From contig CAKKNE010000006.1 in the NCBI GenBank assembly GCA_918797485.1, positions 1,178,001-1,242,000 on the forward strand: a stretch of DNA of 64,000 bases, in the 5' to 3' direction. Of this stretch, positions 38,752 to 48,776 are shown piece after piece; position 1 is the stretch's first letter, and the number at the start of each line of letters is the position of its first letter. The stretch is from Pelagomonas calceolata (lineage: Eukaryota). The notes under the pieces were generated by a model that worked only from the letters and a program-made list of their open reading frames with translations, made no database searches and was not told where the DNA came from. The position numbers and the translations under genes were made by a program.

Positions 38752-38932
38752 GGCTGCTGCGATTTGCTGCGATTCAAATCTGTGAGAGCAGCTGTCTCGC
38801 TGCGGAGCGAGTGGCGCCTCCTGAGCTTGCGTCTGCTGAGGAGGATGCGAGAGAAGAATCCTCAAGCCTTCTGGGCGTCTGCGCGCGCAACCAAGCGCCG
38901 TGGAGCCCAAAAAGCTGTGCTGCCGGGCAATG

Positions 38933-38955
38933 CTAGTGCCTTACAGGACGCTAGC
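38933..38955 (-). promoter_or_regulatory. Recurrent promoter motif copy
   Basis: CTAGTGCCTTACAGGACGCTAGC in a divergent gap. Confidence 0.7.
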
Positions 38956-39061
38956 AGGTCGCCGCGCAGGCATGGGGCGCATTAGTGCAAGAGGCACGCT
39001 AGGGAACTTAGCACGACATCTAATTACAGCGCGGCGCCGGCCCAGGTGAATAAAACCACCG

Positions 39062-40087
39062 ATGGCTACAAATAGCTCGCGTTTCAGGGCCCTGCCAGAT
39101 GATGTGCTGCATCGCGTTCTTGCGGGCGTGGCACTCGACGACCACATACCTACGGCAGCTGTCTGCAAAACCTTCCGCGCGGTCATTTGCGGCCCGCGGT
39201 TTCTAGCGCTCCGCCAACGGTACGGCTTCGCGCAGCGCGGCATCGTCGTGGTCGGATCACCAACAGGAGTGGCTCAGAAGCCCTTGAGAATTCAAGTGAC
39301 GCACAAAGGAGGAGTCCTGGCAAGATTTCCTGGAGATTGGGAAGTCGAGTCCCGCGCCTCGACAGGCTCGACGACCAACGGTGGTACCCGGCTATTTGTC
39401 AGCACCAGGGACCCCCATCAAATTTTGGCTATAGATGCCTCTTCGCGCCGATGGCGACGTCTCACGACTCCGCCATTGGGCCAAGGATCGTACTGCATGG
39501 AGTGGTGCGGCGGCCGCTTGTATGTCGCCGGTGGATACATACAAGGCCCAAATGACCTTAATTCTCTCCACGTGTTTAACGAAACAACTGGGCTTTGGGA
39601 GGAGTTGCCTCCTATGCCGTATTCTTGTATGTGCCAGGCGTCGGGCGTTATTGGGAACCAGCTGTTTATCGCTGGCGGATGCGGATCTGGAGCTACATAT
39701 GCGCACAGATTGCAAATTTATGACACTGCCGCCCGCACGTGGCGGCTTGGTGCTCCGCTTCCACTCTCATTTTCCTCTACGACTGCCGTCGTCCTTGACG
39801 GGAAGTTCCATGTATTCTTTGTATCAATGCCAGGCCTTTATGGCTCTATGTTGGTGTATGACCCTCAGTCCAATACTTGGGCTGAAGAGACGGTGCCCTG
39901 GCGTTATGGGCAATTTTGTCGTGTGGACACTGCCTGTGCCCATAACGGCCGGATCATCATCTTCCTCAATACTGGAGATGCATACGCGCGAGCCTCTGAC
40001 GGCTCGTGGTCTTTGTACGAACCTGCCGATCTATTGCCACAAACACACCAGGGTTCTTACGCCCTCGGGTCCGTCGTCCTCGGCTAG
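39062..40087 (+). CDS. F-box/Kelch-repeat protein
   Basis: ALPDDVLHRVL...AAVCKTFR; Kelch repeats LYVAGG...W..LPPMP, LFIAGG...YD....W. Confidence 0.8.
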   Translation: MATNSSRFRALPDDVLHRVLAGVALDDHIPTAAVCKTFRAVICGPRFLALRQRYGFAQRGIVVVGSPTGVAQKPLRIQVTHKGGVLARFPGDWEVESRASTGSTTNGGTRLFVSTRDPHQILAIDASSRRWRRLTTPPLGQGSYCMEWCGGRLYVAGGYIQGPNDLNSLHVFNETTGLWEELPPMPYSCMCQASGVIGNQLFIAGGCGSGATYAHRLQIYDTAARTWRLGAPLPLSFSSTTAVVLDGKFHVFFVSMPGLYGSMLVYDPQSNTWAEETVPWRYGQFCRVDTACAHNGRIIIFLNTGDAYARASDGSWSLYEPADLLPQTHQGSYALGSVVLG

Positions 40088-40168
40088 ATTTGACGATACT
40101 AGTAAGAAGAATGTGAATTACTAGTAGGAATCATGATAAGGAAGGATAAGATACCACACACAAAACAC

Positions 40169-41437
40169 TTACTCCCCAACGCCAGCCAACCGTTGATAAG
40201 CCTCAGCACCCGCCGCAACTTCATCAATTCCCACGCCGAGCTTGTTCCCGAACCGCTCCACCACAAATCTCTCATTCTCTTCGCAGATTGTGAGGACCGC
40301 ACCATTCCTTCCAAGGCGCGCCGTCCGGCCCGCGCGGTGCAGGTAGTCCGTCGCCGTGCGAGGAACGTCGAAATTCACGACCAGTGAAGTACGCGGCGCG
40401 TCGAGGCCTCGCGCCGCCAGGTCCGTTGTCAGCAGAACGTCGACCTCGCCTCTTACAAAGGCCTCGAAGGCGCTCGATCGACTTTCCAGATCGTCGGCTT
40501 CGTTCAATACGTCCACCCGCAGGTCGTCCTGTTTTAAGGCAGAAGCGATCTTCGGCAGCAGTCCGAGACGTTTCTCGTCGAAGAAGACCACTGTAGGTGT
40601 TCTCACGCCCTTGAGGAACTGTCTCAACACTGCCAAACGAGCTTCTGGTTTTGGGCAGAGCACTAGAGTATGTTGGATGGTCGGCATGCCGCGCTCCGAC
40701 GATAGATATGAGACGGGTCGCGTCGCCCACCTTCGTCGCAGCAAGTCGCCGGGCAGGCGCTGGGGCGCGTCCACGGACGCCGTCGCGAAGACGGTGGACC
40801 GCTTCCTCGGCAAGTGGTCGTTCAGCAGACGATGTAGAGCGTCCCGCCTCTCATCATCATCGAGGAACGAGTCCACTTCATCAATGACCACAAACGCACA
40901 CGCGTCCAGACTTTTTAAACCAGCTTCATCAGCCATACGTCGGAGAGGTGTGGGATTCCCTACCACAATATGCGGAGGCTCCGCCCACGCCCACGTCCGT
41001 TGCCTCTTGAGCGAAGACCCGTCTAGCAACGACATGACCGTGCCCTTCGTCAATCTTCGTAAAACTTTGGCGACCTGCAGTCCCAATTCGCGCGTCGGCA
41101 CGACGACGCACCCTTGCGTCGCTTGCCTGCTACTGTCGATTCGCTCGACCAAGGGCAGGAGGTAGGCTAGCGTCTTGCCGGACCCCGTCCGGGCATGGAT
41201 CAACGCATCGCTTTCGTCCTTGACGATGGAGGGAATCGCGCTCGCTTGCACGGGCGTCGGGCTTTGGAATTCGGGCCCGAGGTGGCGCGCGGCGTCGGCC
41301 GTCGTTGGTTGGAGGCCGAGCTGCTCCCAGGCATCGCTTTGTTGGGCGCAGCGCGGTGCGACGGCGCGTCGTCTGCGCTGCGGCGCGTAGGCTGCTGCAG
41401 TGCAGGCTAGGCATGCAACTTGCAGCGTGCAACGCAT
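40169..41437 (-). CDS. DEAD-box-family RNA helicase (DEVD), probably plastid-targeted
   Basis: Q motif PTPVQ, ARTGSGKT, PTRELG, DEVD, ARGLD, HRAGRTAR; presequence ...TAAAYAP from ATG 41437. Confidence 0.85.
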   Translation of the reverse strand: MRCTLQVACLACTAAAYAPQRRRRAVAPRCAQQSDAWEQLGLQPTTADAARHLGPEFQSPTPVQASAIPSIVKDESDALIHARTGSGKTLAYLLPLVERIDSSRQATQGCVVVPTRELGLQVAKVLRRLTKGTVMSLLDGSSLKRQRTWAWAEPPHIVVGNPTPLRRMADEAGLKSLDACAFVVIDEVDSFLDDDERRDALHRLLNDHLPRKRSTVFATASVDAPQRLPGDLLRRRWATRPVSYLSSERGMPTIQHTLVLCPKPEARLAVLRQFLKGVRTPTVVFFDEKRLGLLPKIASALKQDDLRVDVLNEADDLESRSSAFEAFVRGEVDVLLTTDLAARGLDAPRTSLVVNFDVPRTATDYLHRAGRTARLGRNGAVLTICEENERFVVERFGNKLGVGIDEVAAGAEAYQRLAGVGE

Positions 41438-41546
41438 CGCTTGCTGTAGACTACCGCGCAGCGATGGCGTCTGGTAGTGCAGAGGAGAAGCGAGACAGCT
41501 CTGAATTGCGCACAGCGCCTGCAACTGCAAGCTGAGCACGGCTGCA

Positions 41547-41568
41547 GCTAGCGGCTGTAAGGCACTAG
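41547..41568 (+). promoter_or_regulatory. Recurrent promoter motif copy
   Basis: GCTAGCGGCTGTAAGGCACTAG in a divergent gap. Confidence 0.7.
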
Positions 41569-41631
41569 CCTTACAGCATCGCATCGATTTGCCTCGTAGG
41601 GCTGCCCCCGAGCTATTCGACCACATAAAAG

Positions 41632-42768
41632 ATGATCCTCACGCAGTGCGCCGTCTGCGCCACCGAGCTTGGGCTAACCTTGGGCAAGAAATGCGGCCGC
41701 TGCAGCACGCGCTACTGTGGGCCCGAATGCCAGGTGCAGCACTGGAAAGAAGGCGGGCACGACAAGCTCTGCAAATTGATAAAGAAAGCAGGCGGCGCTG
41801 AGCGATACTACGCAAATAACAAGTACGCGGAGGCCGTATCTGTCGCGGCGGAGGCGTGCGCGGAGGACACCAAGGGCCAGACGTGCTACATCTGCACGCA
41901 GGCCTTGCATTGGAAGACGAAAGAGGGCCTCGTGCGCATGTGCGCGTGCCGCGGGACGGCGGGTTTCGCACACGTGTCGTGTCTAGCGGAGCAGGCTAAG
42001 ATTTTGTGGGCCGAGGCTGAGGAGAACAATTTGGGCTTCAAGGTGATGACTGAGAGATGGGAGCGGTGGCACACGTGCAGCCTGTGCGAGCAACGGTACC
42101 ACGGCGTCGTGGCGTGCGCGCTCGGGTGGGCGTGCTGGAAGACTTATGTGGGCCGGCCGGAGACGGGCATGGCTCGGAGCTTGGCGATGAGCCTGCTTGG
42201 GAACGGTTTATCCAATGCAGGACACGACGAGGACGCGTTGTCCGTGAGAGAGGCCGATTTGGTCATGCGGCTGCGAATTGGCGCACCAGAACGGTGCCTA
42301 CTCCTCGCGCAGAGCAATCTTGCAAACACGTATCAAAGACTCGGACGGCTCGATGACGCCCTACGCCTGCGGCAAGACGCATACTTTGGAACTCTGAGGC
42401 TCGACGGCGAGGAAAGTAGAAATACTTTCTTGGAAGCCAACAACTACGCGGCAGACCTTCGCTGTCTGGAGCGCTTCGAAGAAGTGAAGAGACTGCTGCG
42501 CAGATTGATGCCCGTGGCGCGGCGCGTTCTTGGAGATAATGATAGACTTACGCTCAAAATGAGCTGGAATTACGCGACGGCGCTCTACATGGACGATGGA
42601 GCCACGGTCGATGATCTCCGCGAGGCCGTGACGACGCTCGAGGACACGGACCGGATCGCGCGGCGCGTGATGGGTGGCGGGCACCCGCTCACACTTGATA
42701 TTCAGGATTGCTTGCGAAACGTACGAGCCACGCTCGCCGCCCGCGAGGCGCCACTGGGGAGCGCGTAA
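41632..42768 (+). CDS. zf-MYND + RING-variant + TPR-like repeat protein (paralog B)
   Basis: N-terminal ~130 aa nearly identical to 28692..29816; same architecture. Confidence 0.8.
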   Translation: MILTQCAVCATELGLTLGKKCGRCSTRYCGPECQVQHWKEGGHDKLCKLIKKAGGAERYYANNKYAEAVSVAAEACAEDTKGQTCYICTQALHWKTKEGLVRMCACRGTAGFAHVSCLAEQAKILWAEAEENNLGFKVMTERWERWHTCSLCEQRYHGVVACALGWACWKTYVGRPETGMARSLAMSLLGNGLSNAGHDEDALSVREADLVMRLRIGAPERCLLLAQSNLANTYQRLGRLDDALRLRQDAYFGTLRLDGEESRNTFLEANNYAADLRCLERFEEVKRLLRRLMPVARRVLGDNDRLTLKMSWNYATALYMDDGATVDDLREAVTTLEDTDRIARRVMGGGHPLTLDIQDCLRNVRATLAAREAPLGSA

Positions 42769-42879
42769 GCCTGTTACCCCGCCCAGACTAGTATACAAGT
42801 GAGTAAGCCAGTTCACCGTACGCCATCGCGGCGGTAAAGTTATATGTAAGGAACCGTTAGACGAAGGGGAACAGGGAAT

Positions 42880-43995
42880 CTACACGGTCGCCGCGCCGGC
42901 GAGGAACTTCTCGGACGACGTGTGCTCCAAAACCATCTGCTGGAACTCGCCCGCGTCGACCGTCTCCTTGTCCACCAACCGGTCGACGAGCACCTGCATG
43001 AGCTCCTTGTTATCGGACAACGTCTTGTAGCAGTGGTCGTACGCCTGTTGGACCAGTTTCTTGGTCTCCTCGTCGATCAACCGCTCGGTCGTGTCCGACG
43101 CCGTCTGGGGCGCGCCCATCTGGCCGCCGCCGTCGGGCGTCTCCCAGGCGACGGGCGCGCGGAGCGCGTTGCCGTTGCCGCGGTTCGCCTCGTCCGCGAG
43201 GAAGCCCCACTGCGCGATCATGCGGCGCGCGAGGTCGCGGACCTGTTGCAGGTCGTTGGACGCGCCCGTCGTGACGTCCTCCCGTCCCACGGCCAACTCC
43301 TCGGCGACGCGGCCGCCCAGAGCCACCGAGAGCTGGCTCTTGAGGAACTTGTAGCTGTACAGGCCCGACTCCATGCGGTCCTCGGACGGCGTGAAAAGCG
43401 TGAAGCCGCCGGCGCCGTTCGTGCGGGGAATAATGGTCACCTTGGCGACGCCGTCGTAGCCCGGCGTGAGCGCCGCCATGACCGCGTGGCCCGCCTCGTG
43501 CCACGCGACCAATTCCTGGCGCTTGCGCGCCGCGTCCTTGTTCTGGAAGCCCTGGGTCGACGGCTTCTGCATGCCGACTTGCAGGCGGTCGATGGCGAAG
43601 TCGATCTCGTCAAAAGTGATGACCTCCTTCTCGCGGCGCGCGGCGACGATGGCCGCCTCGTTCATGAGGTTCTGGAGGGACGCGCCGGAGAAGCCGATGG
43701 CCCGGGAGGCGATCGCATCTAAGTCCACGTCCGGGGCGAGCGGCTTGTCGCGGCAGTGGACCTTGAGGATCTCAACCCTTCCAGCCTTGTCCGGGAGGTC
43801 CACGGGGACGCGGCGGTCGAAGCGGCCCGGTCTCAACAAGGCGTTGTCGAGGATGTCGGCGCGGTTCGTGGCCGCGATGACGATCACGCCCGTGTTCCCC
43901 GAGAAGCCGTCCATCTCCGTCAGGATCTGGTTGAGAGTCTGTTCCCGCTCGTCGTTGGACGCGAAGCCACCTCCCGACGATCTTTGCCGGCCAAT

Positions 43996-44028
<33 letters not shown>

Positions 44029-44379
44029 CGCGTTCTTCTTCGCGTCAGCAAACAAGCTTCTGATACGAGATGCGCCGACGCCGACGAACATCTCGACGAA
44101 CTCGGAACCGGAGCAGGAGATGAAGGGCACGCCGGCCTCGCCCGCGACCGCGCGCGCGAGTAAGGTCTTACCGGTACCCGGGGGACCCTCGAGCATCACG
44201 CCTCTGGGAGACTGGGCGCCCACTTTATCATACTTCTCGGGGTTCGACAGGAAGTCCACGACCTCCTCGAGCTCGAGTTTGGACGCGTCGCAGCCGGCGA
44301 CGTCGTCGAACGTGACGCCCGTCTGGGGCTCCATCTCGATCTTGCTCTTGGGCTGGAGCATGCCCATGGGCCCGCCGGG

Positions 44380-44413
<34 letters not shown>

Positions 44414-44937
44414 CCCCGTCGGCCGAGGAAGAAGAGGCCTCCGAGCAGCACCAAGGGGAAGAGGAGGTTGGCGGCTAATCCAGCGAGGGCGTCGCCGTCG
44501 CCCGTCGGCGCGGCCTGGACCGCGAAGGGCACGGACTTGGCCCGTAATTGCGTCACGAGTTCGGGCACCTCCGTCGGGAGGATTTCTACGGAGTGTCTGG
44601 CGCCGTCGGCGTCCAGCGCGAGTAAATTCTTGGAGTCGGCGGAGAAGACGACGCGCTCGACGCCGTCCTTGCCGACCACATCCAAAAATTCGGAGACGGC
44701 CCACCTGGACCCTTCGGCGGCGAAGGCCGCTTTACTGGAAGCGAGGGCGGCGCCGGCGGCCAGCGAGGCGCCGAACGCGCGGCGGCCCTGCATCGACATG
44801 GCTACCGTGTTGGCCCGCGGGCCGTTGGCCCGCGGGCCGCTGCGGCGGGCCGTCGTGGGCAGCTGCATCGAAAAGGCCGCCACCTCATTGCCTAGGAGGA
44901 GCGCGGCTAGCGCGAGGGAGCGCGAAGTTTTCGGCAT
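42880..44937 (-). CDS. ftsH: Plastid ATP-dependent zinc metalloprotease FtsH
   Basis: Bipartite presequence (VAAF) plus twin-Arg lumenal signal; GPPGTGKT, IIFIDEIDA, LLRPGRFDR, HEAGH, LGGRVAEE. Confidence 0.92.
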
Positions 44938-45451
44938 CGTGGTTTGCGTGTTTTCGCGCGCGCGCTTGCAAAAAGCGGTGCGCGTAGGCGTGAGGGATGT
45001 GTAGAGCAGCTTTTGCACAGCGTGGTATCCTTGCTGCTGTTCAGGTGGCGGTGTATGACCTAAATGAGCTGTCTGCGGTGGCAACACGAGCTTAAGGTGC
45101 GGGGTTACCACGATAACTTGACCCCCCATTTTCCCCGTCCAAAACACCGTCAGCATGGTCGCACTTGCTGCTTGTACAAGTAGAACGGCAGAAAATAGCC
45201 ATGCGCGAACTTGACGTCCCCGCGTCGCGCCCCGCGTTTCATGCCCCAGGACACGTCCTCGCCCTGCGCTACTTCCCGGAGACATCCCGCAGACGACTCC
45301 TGGCGCGTCGGGAGCGTTTCGCGGGGGGCAAGCGCGGAGCTCATTTTTGCCAAGGTCTGCCGTGTCCAAATTGGAGCTACTCAAACGCGGCAATAATTGA
45401 CATGATGGGAACAGAAATTCGGCAGCAGGACCGCTGATTACAGCTTACGCG

Positions 45452-47815
45452 ATGTGTGAAGCGATAGCAGCCAACAGCAACGCTACGCCGAGCACGACTC
45501 AAACAATGGATGCAGCCGGCGCCAGCACTGCCACACTGCTCGAGGACTACGATGCCGCAAACGTGCGACCGTGGCCGCACCAGCTCGACGCCATCCGCGC
45601 CATCCAACAAACGAAGAGCCAGCGCTGCCTCGTCCAGCACGCGGCCGGCTCCGGCAAGTCGCTGACCATCGCGGGACTCGCGTCGTCGCTCGCGGACGAC
45701 GGCTTCCGGGTCGTCGTGATCTGTGATAGACGCCAGCTCGATGCGCAGATCTACGCGACGGTGCGGCGCGTGTGTCAGAGGCGCCACAGCGTCGGACGCG
45801 CTGCATCGGTCGCGGACCTCGCGACGGCGACGGCGACGGTGCTCTGCACGACGCTCCAGAAGGTGAGTCGCGTTTCTCAATCGCAACGCTCCACAAAGAA
45901 GACCGCCGTCCTCGTCGACGAGTGCCACCGGTCCTACGCTGATGAACAGGTGTGGCGGCGGCTCGACGAGGCGCTCGGCGCGCCCTCTCTGATCGTCAGG
46001 TTCCGTGCGCAAATCAGATTTGACACGTCTGCTCGATGGCGTGACGGTGTTGATTGCACGCAGGTGGGCTTCACGGCGACGCCCGAAGACCGCGAGTTGG
46101 CGACGCTCGGCAACCCACTCCATTGCTTCCCGCTCTCGTCCGCGATCCAGCACGGCTTCGTGCTCGACGTGCTCAGGGACTTCCGGGCGCCGCGGCTGCC
46201 CGTCACTGTGTTAGATGCGGTGTCGAAGCGGCCTGTGGACGACGCGCGCCTGCGGCGCCTCGCCCTCGAGACGGCACAGGTCGTCCAAGCAAAAGCTTCG
46301 CACGCTGCCTTGGAAATCAGAGCCGTCCAGCGGACGTGGCCGCGCGCCCGTGCCATGGTCATCTGTAGATCGAGAAGGGCCGTCGCGACCTGGACCCGTT
46401 CGTTGAGACGCCTCGAGCTGCGGACGTACGGCGCGTTTTCCGGCGCCTTGAGCGACGGTCTCGACGAGTCCAAGCTCAACCCCTTATTGGCGTTGAACGA
46501 GGCCGAGGTCGTGGTGGTCTGCGGGAAACTGGAGGCTGGCTACGACGACCCTTTACTGGCTTGTTTGATCGTTGACCGCCACGTCAGCTCGCCGGCGCGC
46601 CTCGTCCAAATTTATTCAAGGGTGAACCGGGCGTCACCAAACAAGCCACCGCCGCGCGTGGTGGATTTCGCGAACGGCGCCGACTTCGTGGCGTTCGCGT
46701 TCCGGCGGTTCTGGCGCGAGCGCAAATTGGATGAGCGGGACCGGTCGCGGCTCGGCGCCGCGGCGTTCCGCGCGCTCTCGTATATTGACGCCGCCGGCGC
46801 CGCGAATTTGGACACCTCAAACGCCGCGTCGCGCGTCGCCACGGTGCTCGGCGCGGACGCGGCGGCGGCTCTTGGAGCGGATGCCGCGATCGTCGCGGCG
46901 TCGAGGGACGAGGCCTGCCCCGAGTTCCCGGCGGCGTACGCGCGGCAAATTACCGCCGCGATCGGCGAAGCGAAGGACGACGACGCCGACGCGGCGACGA
47001 CGTTTAAAGCCGCGAACGTGGCCGTCACCGTCGGCGCCGTCGTCGACGGCGGGAACACGACGCTCGCCGTCGAGGCGGTCGCTTGCCTACCGACGCACGG
47101 CGGCGCCGGTCCGTCGTTGCGGCCCGGCGAGTCGCTCGCGGACCTCACCCGGAGAGCGGCGCGCGGCCACCTCGCGTCCGTATTAGCGAGCGTGACGTCG
47201 GCCCTCGCGGCCGCGCCCGACGCGGCTTCGAGGCTCGCGGCGTTGCGTCGATTGGACCGCCTCGCCGTCGACGATGCCGCGGCGATCGCAAGTTCGGGCG
47301 TCGGGCGCGCGGCGGCGGCGCTCAAAAAATCTCCGGATCCTGATGTAGCCGCGCTGGCGCGCCGGGTGGTTTCCGAGGCGAAGAAGCGCGTCGCCGCGGC
47401 GTTGCCGCCAGACGCGACGCCCAAGCTCGTGGCCTTGGGCCTGCCGCAAGATATTGCCGCCGCCGTCGCGGCCGCCGCCCGAAACAAGCCCGCGGCGGAG
47501 GTCCGAGCTCTCATTGCCGATCTCAAACGCAACGACGCGTTGCGAGGCCGCGTCGCGACGGGCGCACTCTCCGCGGCTTCGCTGGTAGCGATGGGCGCCG
47601 ACGACCGATGCCGCGAGGACCGGAAACGCAAGGCGCCGCCGCCCGTCGTCGAGGAGGAGATCCTCGCCGAGGGCTACGTGTGCGAGACGTGCGGCTCGAC
47701 GCGGATCACGTGCGCCACGGAGTCGCGGCCGACAACCTCATACGGCACGTCCGAGTTCCGGCAGATCCTGTTCCTCGACTGTCTCGACTGTGGAAGGTCT
47801 TGGCAAGAAGACTAG
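45452..47815 (+). CDS. HsdR (type I restriction R subunit)-like SF2 motor fused to TFIIS N-terminal, central and Zn-ribbon domains; intron 45995-46063
   Basis: QHAAGSGKS, VVICDRRQLDAQ, TTLQK, VDECHRS, GFTATP, AI..GFVLDVL, AMVI..SR, AFSG, K..AGYD.P.L...VDR, VQ.YSRVNR..P.K...VDFAN; then TFIIS-like domains ending C..C...C..CGRSW. Confidence 0.75.
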   Translation: MCEAIAANSNATPSTTQTMDAAGASTATLLEDYDAANVRPWPHQLDAIRAIQQTKSQRCLVQHAAGSGKSLTIAGLASSLADDGFRVVVICDRRQLDAQIYATVRRVCQRRHSVGRAASVADLATATATVLCTTLQKVSRVSQSQRSTKKTAVLVDECHRSYADEQVWRRLDEALGAPSLIVRFRAQIRFDTSARWRDGVDCTQVGFTATPEDRELATLGNPLHCFPLSSAIQHGFVLDVLRDFRAPRLPVTVLDAVSKRPVDDARLRRLALETAQVVQAKASHAALEIRAVQRTWPRARAMVICRSRRAVATWTRSLRRLELRTYGAFSGALSDGLDESKLNPLLALNEAEVVVVCGKLEAGYDDPLLACLIVDRHVSSPARLVQIYSRVNRASPNKPPPRVVDFANGADFVAFAFRRFWRERKLDERDRSRLGAAAFRALSYIDAAGAANLDTSNAASRVATVLGADAAAALGADAAIVAASRDEACPEFPAAYARQITAAIGEAKDDDADAATTFKAANVAVTVGAVVDGGNTTLAVEAVACLPTHGGAGPSLRPGESLADLTRRAARGHLASVLASVTSALAAAPDAASRLAALRRLDRLAVDDAAAIASSGVGRAAAALKKSPDPDVAALARRVVSEAKKRVAAALPPDATPKLVALGLPQDIAAAVAAAARNKPAAEVRALIADLKRNDALRGRVATGALSAASLVAMGADDRCREDRKRKAPPPVVEEEILAEGYVCETCGSTRITCATESRPTTSYGTSEFRQILFLDCLDCGRSWQED
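45995..46063 (+). mobile_element. 69-nt in-frame GT-AG intron, decayed introner-like
   Basis: Removal restores helicase motif III LIVGFTATP; GTCAGGTT vs GTGGGCTT (5/8); ends CCGTGCGCAAATCA / TTGATTGCACGCAG. Confidence 0.7.
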
Positions 47816-47830
47816 TATGTGATAAAATTG

Positions 47831-48517
47831 TTAGAACATGCGCTTTGCCCGCGCGGCCCGTTCGGCCTCGGCCTTCGCGGCCGCCTCCGCGGCCCGCTGC
47901 CGCGCGATTTGCTTCTCGCGCTCGGCCTTTTCCCGTGCTACTTTCATCTCGGCGGTCTCCTCGGCGAAGTAGCCGCGCATCTCCTCGAGCTGGAGCTTCT
48001 GGGCCTCCTCGAGGGCCCGGATGGCGCTCTCCTTCTCTCGGCGGAGTTCCTGCTCCAGGACGTCCGTTCGGACTTTCAAAGTTGTTTCGTATTCCTTTTT
48101 GAGGGCGTCCGTGCGCGCCTCGAACTGCGCGTCGGCCTCGAAGAAGTCGCTTTCGACCTTCTGGACGCGCGCTTCTAGTTCTTCAGCTTTCGCGACGGCC
48201 TCGTCGCGCGTGGTTTTCATTTCTTTCCGCTCCTCGCGGTTGAATAAGCGCATCGCAGCGGCGCCGAGCGCCGCGGCCGCCACCACAATCCCGGCCTGGG
48301 CCAGCGTGAATCCTGTGGATGCCAAGAGGGACGCGTCGGCGCCCGCGACGGCGGCCGCGATGGCGGACGCGGCCTTGTCGGCGTACGCCTGCACGGCGAC
48401 GGAGGCCTCCTCCGGGGCAAGACGTCGTGTCGTGGGTAGGCGTCGTTTTTGCGGCGGCTGGAAGGCGTGCGTGGTGCAGAGTAGCGTGGCCGGGAGCACG
48501 AGCAAGCTTGCGAGCAT
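47831..48517 (-). CDS. Plastid-targeted membrane-anchored coiled-coil protein, unknown function
   Basis: Signal + HAF presequence, hydrophobic TM segment, long charged helix. Confidence 0.65.
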   Translation of the reverse strand: MLASLLVLPATLLCTTHAFQPPQKRRLPTTRRLAPEEASVAVQAYADKAASAIAAAVAGADASLLASTGFTLAQAGIVVAAAALGAAAMRLFNREERKEMKTTRDEAVAKAEELEARVQKVESDFFEADAQFEARTDALKKEYETTLKVRTDVLEQELRREKESAIRALEEAQKLQLEEMRGYFAEETAEMKVAREKAEREKQIARQRAAEAAAKAEAERAARAKRMF

Positions 48518-48743
48518 GGTCGGCGGCTGGTTTTGAGTCGGTGGCTGCCGATCGACGCGGTCGTCGCGCGCGTAGCTGAGAGCAAAGCTTGTTTGAAACT
48601 TGGGGGGTGACACCTAGCAAAAGCTCTTGTTTCACAGCGGCTGCAGAACAGGAGCTCCGAGACGAAATGACGAATGGATGGCGCGTAGCTGCACACTCGT
48701 TTGTTTTAAGGCGGCTGCTTGACAGGAGATTGGACAGTGCTTG

Positions 48744-48765
48744 CTAGTGTCTTACAGCCGCTAGC
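48744..48765 (-). promoter_or_regulatory. Recurrent promoter motif copy
   Basis: CTAGTGTCTTACAGCCGCTAGC, identical to the 35490 copy, upstream of minus-strand ATG 48517. Confidence 0.7.
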
Positions 48766-48776
48766 AGAATTCTCAA

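Noticed and set aside
45452..47815. Functional type I restriction-modification system or bacterial contamination
   Set aside because: No hsdM/hsdS, no nuclease domain, and it has a spliceosomal intron, eukaryotic TFIIS-like domains and eukaryotic neighbours.
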